From contig JBLWGC010000133.1 of the NCBI GenBank assembly GCA_048772705.1, positions 124,001 through 188,000 of the forward strand: a DNA stretch of 64,000 bases, written 5' to 3'. This DNA is from Leidyana gryllorum EB-2025a (Eukaryota; Protista; Apicomplexa). Below, in pieces: positions 36,109-49,655 of the stretch. A program made the translations under genes and the position numbers. Position 1 is the first letter of the stretch. The number at the start of each line of letters is the position of its first letter. Below the pieces are notes generated by a model. The model was given only the letters and a program-made list of their open reading frames with translations, did not search any database and had not been told where the DNA came from.

Positions 36109-38762
36109 AGGTGGAGGTAGTCTGACATGATGAGCAGACTCTTGAGTTGAGTCTCGTTGAGAGATTCCATTCTCTCTTCCAAAGTTTGCAGCATTCGTCG
36201 TCGGACATCCACACTGAGATGAGATGAGAGTTGTTGGAAGCTCCCAAACTACTCACTTAGTTTCGTTTCGTGTTTCTCGGTCGAGGCCTACCAGTCCGCG
36301 GGTTTCCTCGTCCAAATACTCCAGCGTCTTCTCCACTTCTGTCTGGGTTAGTCGCAAACGGGGTACGTAGAGGGGGCTCGGCCACTCGTCGTCGGCAACT
36401 GCTGCTGGTGTACCACTCATGGCCCCCTTTTTTTGTCGATTCCAATTCTGGTAGACTTGCTGTGACTACTAACTCGAGCTGGTGGTAGGTGTCCCGAAAA
36501 GAGTGCTTCGCAACAGACTATCCCCACTATCCCCCGCACTATCTGCCTGGGCCCCCCCTTCGCTGGCGGATTTGGTTGTCTCTAAGAGTTTGTCGAGTTT
36601 CCAACTGGATCGTGCCGGTCTGAGCTCCGGGAAGTCGTCAACAGTATCTTTGCGAATGAACGCGGAGGGTTGGCGGTCAGCCATGAGGTCAATTTCAGAC
36701 TGACCCATCCGGCGGAATGGTCGGATTGCTAAGTTTATGTGATCGTCTCTCAATATCTCTTCCATGACACCCGGCTCAGCTCCATAGACGCATTCATCCA
36801 ATTTATACGGTTTCTCACTCAGCGCTCCTACATATTGTGGCTCTTCGGAGGCCAGCCGCGAGTCAACAAAGTAGTCAGCGCCGTGTCTGTATTTGAGGTT
36901 ATCGGCTTCGAACTTCATTTGTTGGCCGACCGTTCCCTTGATCATGTGCCGGACTCCCATTTCTTCACGACGTACTTCTCTCAAATGGTCTCGAAGGTGT
37001 TTCATCTCCTCCTTGTCGGTTCTCTTCCACCACGGCTTGTACTCGCCGGGCACTTCCGAGTCGCTAGTGGTGCTGCTTGTGTCCTCCCCGCGTTCTCGTG
37101 CCTTTTGGATCGCCGAGGCCCGAGCTCTCATCATCCGGAGTCGCTGTTGCACCTGGCGACGGACAGGATTCAAAAGATCCGTCACAGAACAGTATGGGGA
37201 CTCGAACGTCATAAGGGTCGGCTGGGGGAGGTCCCCCTCGGCCTCTTCGTGGCCGTAGTGGGTATGATAGCCGACAACTTGATCAGTTATGAGATTGGCA
37301 CCCGGCTTGGGCCGAAGTTTGCGAACCCTATCGGTTGATGGTGAGTGATGTCATGGACTGGAAGAGCTAACTTACAGTGTCGAAGCAGTCTCTGCGGCTT
37401 CTTGATCAGCCAACAGGGCTTTGGCGGTCTCTGGAGGCAGCAATTCCGGCCGAAGATGCATGATGAGTACTCTGGCTACTTCACCAAAGGACACCATCAC
37501 TTCGTCGCGCAGCTCAGGCGCTCTCTTCATTTTGTGTGCCTCGATCTGATTGAGACCGGCGAGCAGCGAGTTGAGGTGCTGACGACTGACTTGGCTCTGA
37601 GGGGAACGGCACAACAGAGTGTCGGTGTCAAGTCGGGAGGAGAGTCGCTTACCAGTGATATCTGATCCGGGACCCAGACACGTTCGTCTGGAACGCCAGA
37701 GAAGTCATTATAGAATTTGAGTGCGAGATCCTTGCAGAAAGTGACCTCTTTTTTGATCATTCCAATGAACAGACGCAGAGGTCCCAGGAAGAGCTGTTGA
37801 TCGTCGTTGAAAGATCCTTTGGTGGCGGCGTTTGAGCGTGGAGTGCCCTTTGGAGGGGGAGGAGGTGGCTGTGATTGTGTCTTGTTTGGAAAATAAAGTT
37901 GGCCGGGATTCTTGATGTGTTGCCATAAGAGCTGTGCGACTTCTTTGATTTGGTGTCCTGCCGCCTCGGCGGCATCGAGAACGTATTCGCAGGCCTCGTT
38001 GGGATTGTCGTGTGGAAGCGCAGGCAGATAGACATTGTCTTTGGTGGTGAGGGCGATGCGTTGATCGCCTTTTTCGAGCGGATCCTTGGAGGATTCGAGC
38101 GGGAAGAACCCAAAGGCGTGCCAGGCCAAGTAGCTTTTGGCACAGACTTTCTTGAGATCAGCCATATAACAAAGGCCGGATCCCAGAGGTTCCGATGACA
38201 CTTTGTCGGCGAGTTGGAAGATGCCGTAGACGAGATAGAGAATCTTCTCGAGATTCCGCAAATGGCCCCCAATACCTCTGCCGGTCTCCAGTTCATAGGG
38301 ATACTGACAGAAACATCGATGACCTTTGAGTTTCTCCTCGCGTCGGAGTACTTTGACATACTCTTTATGCTGTTCGAGAGTCAACCCTGCGGCGTGGATC
38401 CCGTATTGATTACCCTCGTCGTCCCCCATCTCCTCCGCCCGTTCTTCGCGGAGCGTCAGATGACGTTGGGGGAGGTGGAAACACACCGGGCCGGGTGCCG
38501 GGGAGGGCGAGGCGGACTGCCACCAGCCATAGAAGCCTTTGGACTCGAGGGCTATCTTCAGAGTGGGGGCCAGAGGGACCTCTTCATAGTCATCAGGTGG
38601 GTATTTGCGCGGGGGGATTCCCGGGAGCTGTTCAGGAGGGAGTTTGGGATTGGGGATATCGAGATTCGCGAGCTCGAGACGCTTCAAAGTAGCCTCCAGT
38701 GATTGTCTATCGACAACAGAGGTGGCAGAAGCTCTGCCATGGGATGGAGCGCTAGTGGACAT
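36105..38762 (-). CDS. Hypothetical protein, multi-exon
   Basis: 411-aa and 247-aa ORFs plus smaller exons on the same strand. Last exon is VDVRRRMLQTLEERMESLNETQLKSLLIMSDYLHL*. No family recognised. Confidence 0.6.
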
Positions 38763-38791
38763 ATCGAGGAGCAGCGCTGCTCCATTGCCAT

Positions 38792-39138
38792 TCAGAGCTC
38801 TTTATTCAGTTGGGCAAGATAGTCATGGGCCAATTTGACTGCTCGTTCGGGTAATTTGGTTTCATAGTGTTTCAAACAATACTCAATCGGTCGTTTGGCC
38901 TCCGCGGTGATGTCTTTGGCGTCCAATTCCATCCAAAGCAACCAATTGGCGCAAAACTTGTAGTCGGGTTCCGCTGGGATCCTTAGATCGGGGTCCTCCG
39001 CCACCTTGAAAACGCAGCTATGCACACGCATTGGACACAATTTGGCCTTACCGACAATGCCAGCGATACCCACACAGCCTTAGACCAGAAGAAGAACAAT
39101 CGCATGGTGCACCTCACAGGTAGCTTCACCCGTCTCAT
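38792..39138 (-). CDS. Small hypothetical protein, possible signal peptide and C-terminal NKEL
   Basis: Tentative splice gives MRRVKLP|AVWVSLALS|VAEDPDLRIP...FCANW...YCLKHY...LNKEL*. Confidence 0.4.
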
Positions 39139-39161
39139 CTTAGGGGTGCCACATGGTGACC

Positions 39162-39473
39162 CTAATTATTGCTGCTTGCGAGATACTTTGCAATGTGTTC
39201 CCGCCGTTTAGCGCGTTCAGCTGACATTGAGTAATTCCCAAAGAGAGGAATGACATCGCCAAAAGTCAGAATCCACCCGATACACACTGTGGCGAAAGCA
39301 AACAGGATCCCCATCCATATGGCCGGGATTAGTAATGCATATTTTCGGGCCGGAAAGTACCATTGCAGCTGCTGATCAGCGTCGAGGAATGGTGTAAACA
39401 CCATCCAAGCTGCCCAATACGTGAACGCACATGTTGCCAAGATGATATATATTGGAGAGTTGTAGAGTGGCAT
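39162..39473 (-). CDS. DPM2: Dolichol-phosphate mannose synthase regulatory subunit DPM2
   Basis: Contains FTYWAAWMVFTPFLDADQQLQWYFPARKYALLIP and two TM helices. Confidence 0.85.
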   Translation of the reverse strand: MPLYNSPIYIILATCAFTYWAAWMVFTPFLDADQQLQWYFPARKYALLIPAIWMGILFAFATVCIGWILTFGDVIPLFGNYSMSAERAKRREHIAKYLASSNN

Positions 39474-39501
39474 TAGGACACAAAAAAAGAGCGAGTGAGA
39501 G

Positions 39502-42415
39502 ATGAATACATCCTCCTCTGTACGTTGGCACCCCCGCCGCCCAGTAGTCAAGCAAACCCCCTCAACGCCTTTGTTTCAACCATACATTCCACATCATGAA
39601 TACAGAGAGAAAGTGGCTCGAGGCGAACTTGTCAAAGGTGTACTCCATGTCAACATCAAAATGCCCAATGACGCCTTCGTGAGAGCCAAAGGACCCTACA
39701 TGCGTGTTCAAGATGAGGATGACTACACCGCGTACGATGAAGACGTCTTCGTCTCTGGGCTCATTCCGCGCAACCGCGCCTTCCATGGGGACACTGTTGC
39801 CGTCGAGGTAAGCAACACCCACCTTCTGACCCAAATTGCCGCCGTCACAGCTGCTTCCCATGGAGCAATGGAAGTCCTTGAGCGTCAACGAAGATCCAAA
39901 CTCGCCCCCAACCGATCCAAAGCCAACTGGCCAAATCGTATATGTGGACAAGAAGGAGCATGAGGGCTGTATGAAGGGGTATTTCGCCGTATTGCGGAGT
40001 AATCGCAGTCAGACAGACAACAGGGACCTGGAAGCCTCACGAGGTGACGAATTCCGCAGCGATCTCTATGTCAACTGGAAAACCGATCCCCGGATTCGCG
40101 CTGTCCCCATAGACCGTCGCATTCCATGGATGGTTATACCTGTCAGCGACATTGCGGCTTCTTCGGACTTCCAACATCTTCTCGAATCTGAGAATTTACC
40201 CGAATTCACTGTATTTGTGGTCTATATGAACCACTGGAAGGAATCCGCGCGGTTGCCAGAAGGACGGATTGACTCCGTCATCGGCGAGCTCAATACGGTC
40301 GCTACCTGCGAATATGTAAGTGTGTGTCGATTGGTGTCTCCTGCGGAAACCGTCATCGTGTGCCCTTTCCGTTTCCGAACGCTGTTCACTGGGGCAATGA
40401 TGGGCGTAAACCTTTCTGTATCCTTCAGATGGCTATGCATCAATCGGCTGGACTGGTAGCGGACCACATGAATTGCTTCACTGAGGAGGTGGAGAAGAAT
40501 GCGGAAGAGCTGATTGCTACTGAGCAGGCCGGTCGCAGGCAGCCGGGGCGAGTGAACCTCAGGAGTAAGTGGGAGAGATTTCAGTGAATGGTGATTGATG
40601 CGTTTCTTTTCATTGTGCAGATGAGCGGGTGATTACCATTGATCCCACAACCGCGAAGGATTTGGACGATGCCATTCACGTGAAGCGCATAGAAGACGCT
40701 CGAGAGGGTCGTCATTTGGAGATCGGCGTTCATATTGCAGATGTCAGCTATTTTTTGCCCTATGGCTGCCCTGTGGATACAGAGGCTCGGAGACGGACGA
40801 CCACAGTGTATCTGCCGCACAAAGCGTTTCACATGTTGCCGCGATCGTTGTGTCAGAACGTGTGCTCGCTGAATCCTGGGGTGGATAAGCTAACGTTCTC
40901 TTGTATTTTCTATTTGGATTATGAAGGGCGGTTGTTGGAGAAGAAGCCGCCAAAGTTCTTTCGATCTTTGATCCAAACTAAATATCGTTTGAATTACGAC
41001 GAAGTACAGAATATTCTGGAGAAACATCGCCCTGAGATCGCTGGGAAAAAGGATGCTTTGGCACCAATTGTGTATTTGGTGCCCGATGTTGACGTCGCTG
41101 ACTCAAAGCTTGAAAGTCCAGAGCATCCCGAGTATCCAGTAGCTGATCTCACAGCTGATTTGTTGCTGCTGGAACAGGTCACCCAGAAGCTGCGGGCCCA
41201 CCGATTTGAAAATGGGGCTCTGGAATTACATAAAGTGCAATTACGCTTCGTTTGCGATCCCGATAGTAACTTGCCTATGTCAGTTGCTGTCGACCCGCAT
41301 AACGCCTCACATGAACTTATAGAAGAGCTTATGCTCATGGCGAATCGTTTGGTGGCAAAGAAGCTCATGACAGGCTACTACGGCCCGTGGGCAGTTCTTC
41401 GGCACCATCCTCCACTTCTAAGCCAGAAGGCTGAGAAGGTGGCAAGACAGCTCAAGAAACTCGATCTTCCTGTCCACGAGCTTCACAATGCCGGGGGAGT
41501 TCATAAGATTATCACCACAGCGTATAAGAAGAAGGGCAAACGAGTGGCGATGGCAGTCGAGCAGATTATCATTGAAGCCATGTGTCTTGCCAGATATGGC
41601 GTCTTGGACCAAGAGAACTTTGAACCCTTCCATTTTGGACTCTCCTTTACGGAATATACACACTTTACCTCCCCCATTAGGTGAGCCGTCAATCTTTGAC
41701 GGATGTTAATCGTTCCTTCTCAGGCGATATCCCGATGTGTTGGTACACCGCTTGCTGGATTTGACTCTGCGAGCGGAAAAAGGTGGTCTTGTTAAGCCAT
41801 ATAAGAGGATCGCCCACGAGGATCTTCCTGAGCTTCGCTCCCAAGGCTTGGAGTTTTGTGATCTGGAGTCCTTACTCATGACGTGTAACGATAAGAAGGA
41901 GGCTGCCAAGAAGGCGGGCGAAACGGGAGCTGAGTTTTGGCTCCTGATGCACCTCTCAGCCTTGCCTGAGCCGCCTACAACACTCGGAACCGTTCTCGAG
42001 GTGGCTGACAAATCCATCCTAATATTCGTTGCTGAGTTCAATGCGAAATCCAGAATAGAATACTCTATGGTTGGATGGGATACCGACCGCGTGAAGATGA
42101 AGCTCCCGAAGAAATATGAGGTGGGTGAACTCCGACCATATCGGCTCAACATTGTGTGTGTACGTTTCTGAACAGTCGCAGATCGATCTTCCGTCCTCCT
42201 TCTCTCTGACCAAGGTGGGCGAAGCTGTGGACATTCACTGGTCGTCGGGAGCTACGCAGCATGTCGAGCAGTTTGGCTATATTCCGGTCTGGTGCATACC
42301 CACCCGAGAAGTACCGATGAAAGTTCAAGTTTTAGCGCTAAACCCGGCACATCCCAAATTCCAGTCGATGGTGGCCCTTGAGAAAAAGTTGACAGCCGTG
42401 AGGCATAAAGATTGA
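39502..42415 (+). CDS. RNase II/RNB-family 3'-5' exoribonuclease, Dis3L2-like (no PIN domain)
   Basis: Contains RNRAFHGDTVAV, ITIDPTTAKDLDDAIH, IGVHIADVS, TTVYLP, LIEELMLMAN and YTHFTSPIRRYPD. The N-terminus starts at a cold-shock domain. Confidence 0.85.
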
Positions 42416-42442
42416 GCCTTAGTTAGTGCCAAAAAAAGTGCG

Positions 42443-45400
42443 ATGGAAAGCGATACCATGATGGAAAGCCCTGCTAAAGTCGCCGGTAATGTCGATATGG
42501 ACTTGTATTCACGCCAGTTGGGCGCCTATGGTCTGGAAACGATGAGCAAGTTGGTCGGCCTCAAAGTCCTCATGACTGGACTCCAAGGCGCCGGTGCCGA
42601 GACAGGTAACATTGCGTGTGTGTATTTGTGCTGTGACTTATATTGGGTTGTGTAACACAGCAAAGAATTTGATCCTGGCCGGTCCGGGCTCTGTCACCAT
42701 TCACGATGGGAGTCTGGTGGATGTGAGTGACTTGGGGTCGAATTTTCTGCTCCGTCAAGAAGATGTTGGGAAGCGCACACGTGCGGAAGCGAGTTTGGAA
42801 GGGCTTCGAGCCTTGAATCCCTACGTGAATGTCCAACTGCATCGTGGATCCATCAACGAGCAAATCATCAGTCAACATAATGTTCTGATCGTTTGCAATA
42901 TGACTCGACAGAAACACAACGAGTTCAACGCGATTTGTCGAAGACACAATGTTGGCTTCATCTCCATGGGAGTATTTGGCTTGGCCTGTTACGTCTTTGT
43001 TGACTACGGAAAGGAGTTCACTGTGACGGACCCGGATGGTGAAGAACCTAAACAGGTTATCATTGAGTCTGTGATATCAAGCGGGAAATCAACCACCATC
43101 AATTGTGTGGATGAGAAGCGCTTGCCATTTCAAAATGGTGAATACATCACTTTAAGCGAAATCGAAGGAATGGATGCTCTGAATCACTTGGGACCTATTC
43201 AAATAGGACGCTGCGCGAAGCACTCATTCGAAATTGAAGTGGACTCGTCCAAAATGGGCACCTACATCAAAGGTGGTCTCGCCCGCCAGGTGAAACGTCC
43301 CCGAACAATGGCTTTTCGCAGCTTCCCAGAAGCTTGCGACAGACCTATTCCGAGTGGCAGCGAGATTCCGTGCCTCATCACTCCCGACTTGGGGAAGTTT
43401 GGTCGTAGTGAACAGCTGCACATCGCCATGCAGGCGTTGTGGGCCTATGATGCCTCCCACGAATGCCTTCCAGAGCCTCGAGATCCCACTGCTTGTACTC
43501 AAGTGTACCGTCTGGCTGTGGAAATCAATGAGAAATACAAATCTCTGATTAAGGAAGGCAAAGGTGACGGTGTTATATCTGTGGAAGAGGTTGACAAGTC
43601 AATCTGTACAAAGTTGGCTAGTCACGCTCTTTGCCACATTTCACCTATGGCAACATTCATAGGTGGCGTAGTGGCTCAGGAAGTCATCAAGTACACTGGA
43701 AAATACACTCCCCTTCATCAATGGCTGTACTTTGATGCTTTCGAGATTCTCGAAAATCTGCCATCGACCTTTGAAGAGCATCCGGAAGACTTTACTCCAA
43801 AGCACTGCCGAACTGATGATCAAATTCTGCTTTGGGGAACCAAAGTTCAGAGCATCTTGGAGAATCTCAACGTCTTCTTGGTGGGTGCTGGAGCCTTAGG
43901 TTGTGAATATCTGAAAAACCTGGCAATGCTCGGCGTGGCTACGGCTCCAGGAGGCAAGGGACTAATCTCGGTAACTGATATGGACCGCATTGAAGTATCG
44001 AATCTCAATCGACAATTCCTCTTCCGACGCCAGCACGTGGGCAAGCCCAAGTCCCTGACTGCGGCTGAGGCCATCAAAGCGATGAACCCGAACATCAACG
44101 TCAAGGCCATGGAGACGCGGGTTGGAGTGGAGACTGAAAATATTCTTACTGACGAATTCTGGGATGGACTGGATATCGTCGTCAATGCCCTCGATAACAT
44201 TCCGAGCCGTTTGTACGTGGACGGAAAATGTGTGTGGCACCTCAAGCCCCTCTTGGAATCTGGTACTCTTGGCACAAAAGGCAACGTGCAAGTTGTCGTC
44301 CCAGAGAAGACTGAGTCGTACGGTGACTCTCGTGACCCTCCTGAGGAGTCCATCCCGCTCTGTACACTCAGACATTTCCCTAATCAGATTGAACACACCA
44401 TCGAGTGGGCTCGGGACCTCTTCCAGGGCTATTTCACGGATGCTGTGCAAGAAACCCAAAAGGTGGTGGCCGACCCCGAACAGGCGCTCAAAGCTCTGAA
44501 CACCACCGTCGGGTCAGCCTCGCAGAGGCGCACTCAACTGGAAAAGATTGCGAATCTGTTAGAAGTGACCGCTCCCAATCCAACCTTCGATAAATGCGTC
44601 GCATTCGCCGCAAACCAATTCCACTATCTTTTTAACACGGATATCGCTCAGTTGTTGTACAACTTCCCCCTCGATCACGTCACCAGCAATGTAAGTACTG
44701 TGACTGACTATCTCATGGCGGTCTCTCTGTGCAGGGAGTGCCCTTCTGGTCCGGACCCAAGCGAGCTCCACACATCTTGGAGATGGATCCGAATGATCCG
44801 CTCCACAACAGCTTCTTGTTGGCAACAGCCAACCTCGTGGCCGAGTCTTTGGGTATTGCACAAGTTCGGGACCCACAGAAGGTGGCCGAGTTGGCCAAGA
44901 AAGTCCAATTGGCACCTTTCCAACCACGCAAGGTAGTGATCAAGACAGATGATAACGACAACACAGCTGATGAGGCTTCTTCCGTGGGAGGTGGCGATGA
45001 TGAGAGGATGTGTGCTGAGCTGGAACAGCGCATTCGAGATTTGGTGAAGGGTGTGCAAAGCCAAGGCGTTCAATTGTCACCTGCTGAATTCGAAAAGGAC
45101 GACGACACCAACTTCCATATCGACTTTGTCACTGCTGCTGGGAATCTGCGTGCCCGCAACTACTCGATCCCCGAGGCTGAAAGATGGAAGGCCAAGATCA
45201 TCGCAGGCAAAATTATCCCTGCTGTGGCGACAGCCACCGCCATGGTGACCGGTCTGGCCACTCTGGAGCTGATCAAAATGGTGACGCGCGAAAAGCGACC
45301 CATGGAGCACTTCAAGAACTCCTTTGCTAACTTGGCACTTCCCGAATTCATGTTGGTCGAGCCAATGCCACCGAAGAAGACTGTCGATAGCGACTATGAT

Positions 45401-45836
45401 CCCATCGTTGGGGGAGCGGTGCGAGCAAAGCCCAATGGGTTCACCAGCTGGGACAAAGTGGAGGTGGACTGCCGAGGGGCACCCTTGCAAACATTGGTGG
45501 ACCAGATAGAATCGAAGTTTGAGACTGAAGTGAGCATATTGTCAGCAGGCAATCTGTGTTTGTACAACGCGTACGACCGAAGTCAGAAGAGTCGGTTGCA
45601 GGAGCCAATGAAAGCCGTAAGTTGTGTGAATAAATTGATGGTGGAAACACGTGTGTGGTATTGCGCGTCTCGGTGGCTTGTTTTATGATATCTTGGCCAT
45701 CTCCTATTATTCGCAGCTATTGGAGCGGTTGACCAAAGAAGAGTTGGCGAAGAACTACGCTATTGTCCAGGCCTGTTGCACTGATTCGGACGGGACTGAC
45801 GTGAGCATTCCCACCATCAAGTGTTACTTCGTCTAG
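42443..45836 (+). CDS. UBA1: Ubiquitin-activating enzyme E1
   Basis: Contains DLYSRQL, VGAGALGCE, SNLNRQFLFR, catalytic SIPLCTLRHFP, FEKDDDTNFH and IAGKIIPA. Three introns. Confidence 0.96.
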
Positions 45837-45855
45837 CTTTTCCGGTCTTTGATGA

Positions 45856-46407
45856 TCATTTCTTTTCCTGATCGGATGACGCCATTAACCATTGCGCCAC
45901 TTGCCTCAACCGCGAGGCAGTTGGTAACGTGTAGTCAGCGTGTGAGCCGGCTTGTTTCTCCCATTCGCTGTAGCCCAAAATCGGTGTGTACTCCGCAAAG
46001 GAAGGCTTGCTTACCATAGTCGGCGTTTTGCATACTCCTCCTTGTCAAAGTGATAGGGATTGTTGAGAAGCGGTGTAGGTAGTCCTTGTACCATCGTACT
46101 GCCAGCTGTTATGAGTGACAACCCTCCCACAACAAATGCGACAAGGTATAATCTGTAGTGTTATGTACGATGATTAGGACCACAGTACATGTAGGTAGGC
46201 TAACCGGGAAGCATAAGAGCCATCAGACATGAAGACGCCAAATGGGCCCGATTGTCGATCAGCCAGATCGGACATAGCTAGGTCGATAGTATAAGCTGAT
46301 TGTGGGGGGGGCTTACTTCTGCGTCGAGAGAGCTGCGCTCCCAAAACGAGCAGTAGGAGTGTTCCAGTAGTGACTAAGAGCCATCCAAGACGCTTGAGGT
46401 TTGCCAT
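45856..46407 (-). CDS. Hypothetical small membrane protein, 3 exons
   Basis: Begins MANLKRLGWLLVTTGTLLLLVLG. A second hydrophobic segment, LYLVAFVVGGLSLI, follows a GT-AG intron. Stop TGA at 45856-45858. Confidence 0.5.
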
Positions 46408-46454
46408 TCTTCTTTGGTGTTGGACCAAAAATTTAAGTCATCAAATTTTGCCCC

Positions 46455-48308
46455 ATGGCCTCTCTGCACAGTGTCAACCCCAAGGCAGACCTGTTGCGCC
46501 ACAGCCAGGTGAGTAGCGGACGTTACAATGAGTGTATTACATACATACGCAGGCGTTAGCGGCAAATGTGAATGCCGCTCGAGGGCTGCAAGAGGTGTTA
46601 ACTAGCAACTTGGGCCCAAAGGGGACCCTTAAGATGCTGGTGGGAGGAGCCGGGCAGATCAAGACAACCAAAGATGGCAATGTGCTCTTGAAGGAAATGC
46701 ACATTCAGCATCCTGTGGCTGCTCTGATTGCCAGGGCCGCCGGCGCACAAGATATTGTGACCGGCGACGGTAGTACGAGTGACGTTCTGGTTATGGGTGA
46801 ATGCCTCAAGATAGCGGAGCGTTTGATTGAGCAGTCTGTGCACCCCAGACTCCTCTGCGCCGGTTTGGATCTCGCCCGAGAGGAAGCCATAAAGTTTCTG
46901 GAGAAGTACAAACGCCCAATGCCACAAATCGGCAGTGATCGTGAACTGATGGAGAACATTGCTCGTTGCTCTCTTGCCACCAAACTCGAGTCAAACTTGG
47001 CTGAGCAGCTCACTCATATACTGGTCGACGCCATCCTGTGCATCATGGGACCTAACTGGGAGAAGGTGAGCTTTTATACGCCTACAGTACCGAAACATCA
47101 TCGTTCCCTTTCACAGGACTCTGAGGAAGGCCGCATCCCTCTGGACCTCTTCATGATTGAGGTTCTGGCTATGAAACAGGGGCTCAGCAATGAGACCCGT
47201 TTCATCCGCGGAATGGTGATGGATCATGGGTGCCGTCACCCTGATATGCCCACTCACCTCAAACGATGCTATGTGCTCACTTGCAACGTCTCTTTGGAGT
47301 ACGAGAAGACTGAAGTCAACTCTGCTTTCTTCTACAGCTCTGCTGAACAACGCTCTCGCCTCGCAGAGGCCGAGCGTCGGTTCACTGATATGAAGGTCCA
47401 GAAAATCATTGACCTAAAACGTCAAGTTTGCACTGAAGACAACAAGTGCAACTTTGTCATCTTCAACCAGAAGGGCATTGATCCCCCCAGTCTCGATATG
47501 CTCGCCAGAGAAGGCATCATGGCTCTCAGACGGGTCAAACGCCGTAATATGGAAAGATTGACTTTGTGCTGTGGTGGTAATCCTGTGAACGCTGTGGACG
47601 ACCTGAGCGCTGAGGACCTTGGATTTGCTGATTCTGTTTGGGAAATATCGATGGGTGATGAGAAATATACTTTCGTGGAAGGCGTCAAAGACCCTCGCAG
47701 TTGCGCTATACTCATCAAGGGCCCGACCGACCACGCAATCGAACAGGTAAATTCGTGTGCACACACTTTCGGGGAGGCAAAGTTGTGTGTGCAGATCAAA
47801 GATGCCATCCGCGATGGTCTGAGAGCTGTACGGAATGCTCTGGTTGACAAGGCTTTGGTGCCAGGTGCTGCGGCTTTCGAAGTTGCGTGCTGCGAGCACT
47901 TGAAAGAGTATGCCGCTAATGAGGTGTCTGGCAAAGCCAAGATGGGTGTAACGTTGTTTGGCGAGGCATTGTTGGCAATTCCACGGGCCTTGGCTAAGAA
48001 TGCAGCTTGGGACCCACAGGTACATAACTTGCAGTGGGTTTTTGGCTTCAACAATTGGTGTGTTTTGACAGGACTCTCTGTTCAAAGTGGAGGAGCGGTA
48101 CCGGGAGCTGAAGAAGGGTCAGCAAGATGATTTGGTGGACGTGGGTTTGGATCTTCAGACTGGCGAGACGTGTTGTCCTTCGTTGAAGGGTATTTGGGAT
48201 TCAGTATCAGTGAAGAAGCAAATGATTGTGTTGGTGACTACTCTTGCAGCCCAATTACTCTTGGTGGATGAAATCATCAAGGCGGGCAAACAAATGGGCC
48301 GTGGCTGA
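46455..48308 (+). CDS. CCT6: Chaperonin CCT/TCP-1 subunit zeta
   Basis: Contains NLGPKGTLKMLVGGAGQIKTTKDG, LTCNVSLEYEKTEVNS, INQKGID-like FNQKGIDP, ALRRVKRRNMERL and LLVDEI. Four introns. Confidence 0.95.
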
Positions 48309-48351
48309 TTCTGTCGTTTTGATTGCGGACGGCACAGCGAGTGAGCTACTA

Positions 48352-49597
48352 TTAGAACAGGTTCTGTATGCTATCACGTTGTTCGGCCGTCAATGAGCTG
48401 CAAGCTTGATGTATCGCTGTGTGTTCATAGACTTACGTGGGGAATTTGATGTCGAACTCGACGATGAGATTCCCTTTGAAATCACTCCGTTTGTGATGCG
48501 GCATTCCTGTGGTAACATTCGGAGTTGGGGTGGGTAGTGGGACTTTGGTAGACATACCCTCTCTAGCGAACTCTTTTCTTGTGGAAGGAGTGATAACACC
48601 CGGTACTCGTTCTCTCAAAACGCGGCCATCCAGATGATTGATGAATATTACTGTGCCCAATAAGGCCTCTTTGAGGGTAATCGAGGCTTTGTAGAGGAGA
48701 TCGTTTCCTTGACGTGTGAACTTCGGGTGCGGTTTGGCTTTGACGACGAAGACAATATCGCCAGGGGGCGATCGAGGATCTTCTTGATCGCCCTCTTTGG
48801 CGTAGGTCAGACGTGTGCCGTCTTTCCAGCCGGCGACGACTTTGATATCCAGCGTCTTTTCGTCATGGCGTTTCTGCCCGGTGGGAGACCACCGCACACG
48901 CGTGACTTTCATGCGTTTCTGGCAGCCGCTGAAGAGGAGGATTTTAGCGCTCAGACTGTCGAGAGAAGGTGTCTCACGTGTAGAGCTCCTCGAGTGTGAC
49001 ATTCAAGTCCACTGAGTAACTTTTGGGTTGGGGTGGCCGTCTGCTACCACCCATGCCCATGCCGCCAAACATGTCGTCTCCCATCTCACCACCGAAGATA
49101 CCCCCGGGAGTTCCAGACATGAAAACGCCACCACCCATGCCACCCATCTGGTCGGGCGCAAATGGATTGCTGGAGCCAAAGAATTGCGCAAACAACTCAG
49201 ACGGATCGACCCCTGCGCATCACCAAGTGTTCAGTGACACTTTGAAGCTCTGACTGACCTGTGTAAACGAAGTTCCTTCCTCCACCGCCCTCAAACACAC
49301 CGCCACCCGGACCCACTCCTTGTTTGAGTCCATCTTCACCAAATTGATCATATATTTTACGCTTCTCCGGATCAGAAAGAACGTCGTAAGCTTCTGCAAT
49401 ATCCTTGAACATCTCCTCCGCTCGTTTCTTAGCCGCCGCGTCTGGGTGCTTGTCCGGGTGCCATTTCATGGCCAACTTCCGGTATGCCTTCTTCAGCTGG
49501 TCGGCAGATGCATCTTTGGGAACATCTAGGATTTTGTAGTAGTCCTAACACCACTCATTTACACCACCTTTCGTCCACAAACTCTTACTCTGCCCAT
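48352..49597 (-). CDS. Type II Hsp40/DnaJ co-chaperone (DNAJB/Sis1-like)
   Basis: Begins MGR|DYYKIL...[13 protein letters not shown], followed by a G/F-G/M region, [17 protein letters not shown] and [12 protein letters not shown]. Confidence 0.93.
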
Positions 49598-49655
49598 CTT
49601 AATGGTACGAGACTATGTGTTCAACTTGAAAAAAAAACTCAAAATAACAATCATC

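Noticed and set aside
46532-48130. Apparent excess of in-frame stop-free (3n) introns, e.g. 51 and 48 nt in CCT6 and two of 48 nt in kinesin
   Set aside because: Short GC-rich introns often lack stops. Many others are not 3n, and I did not make a full count.
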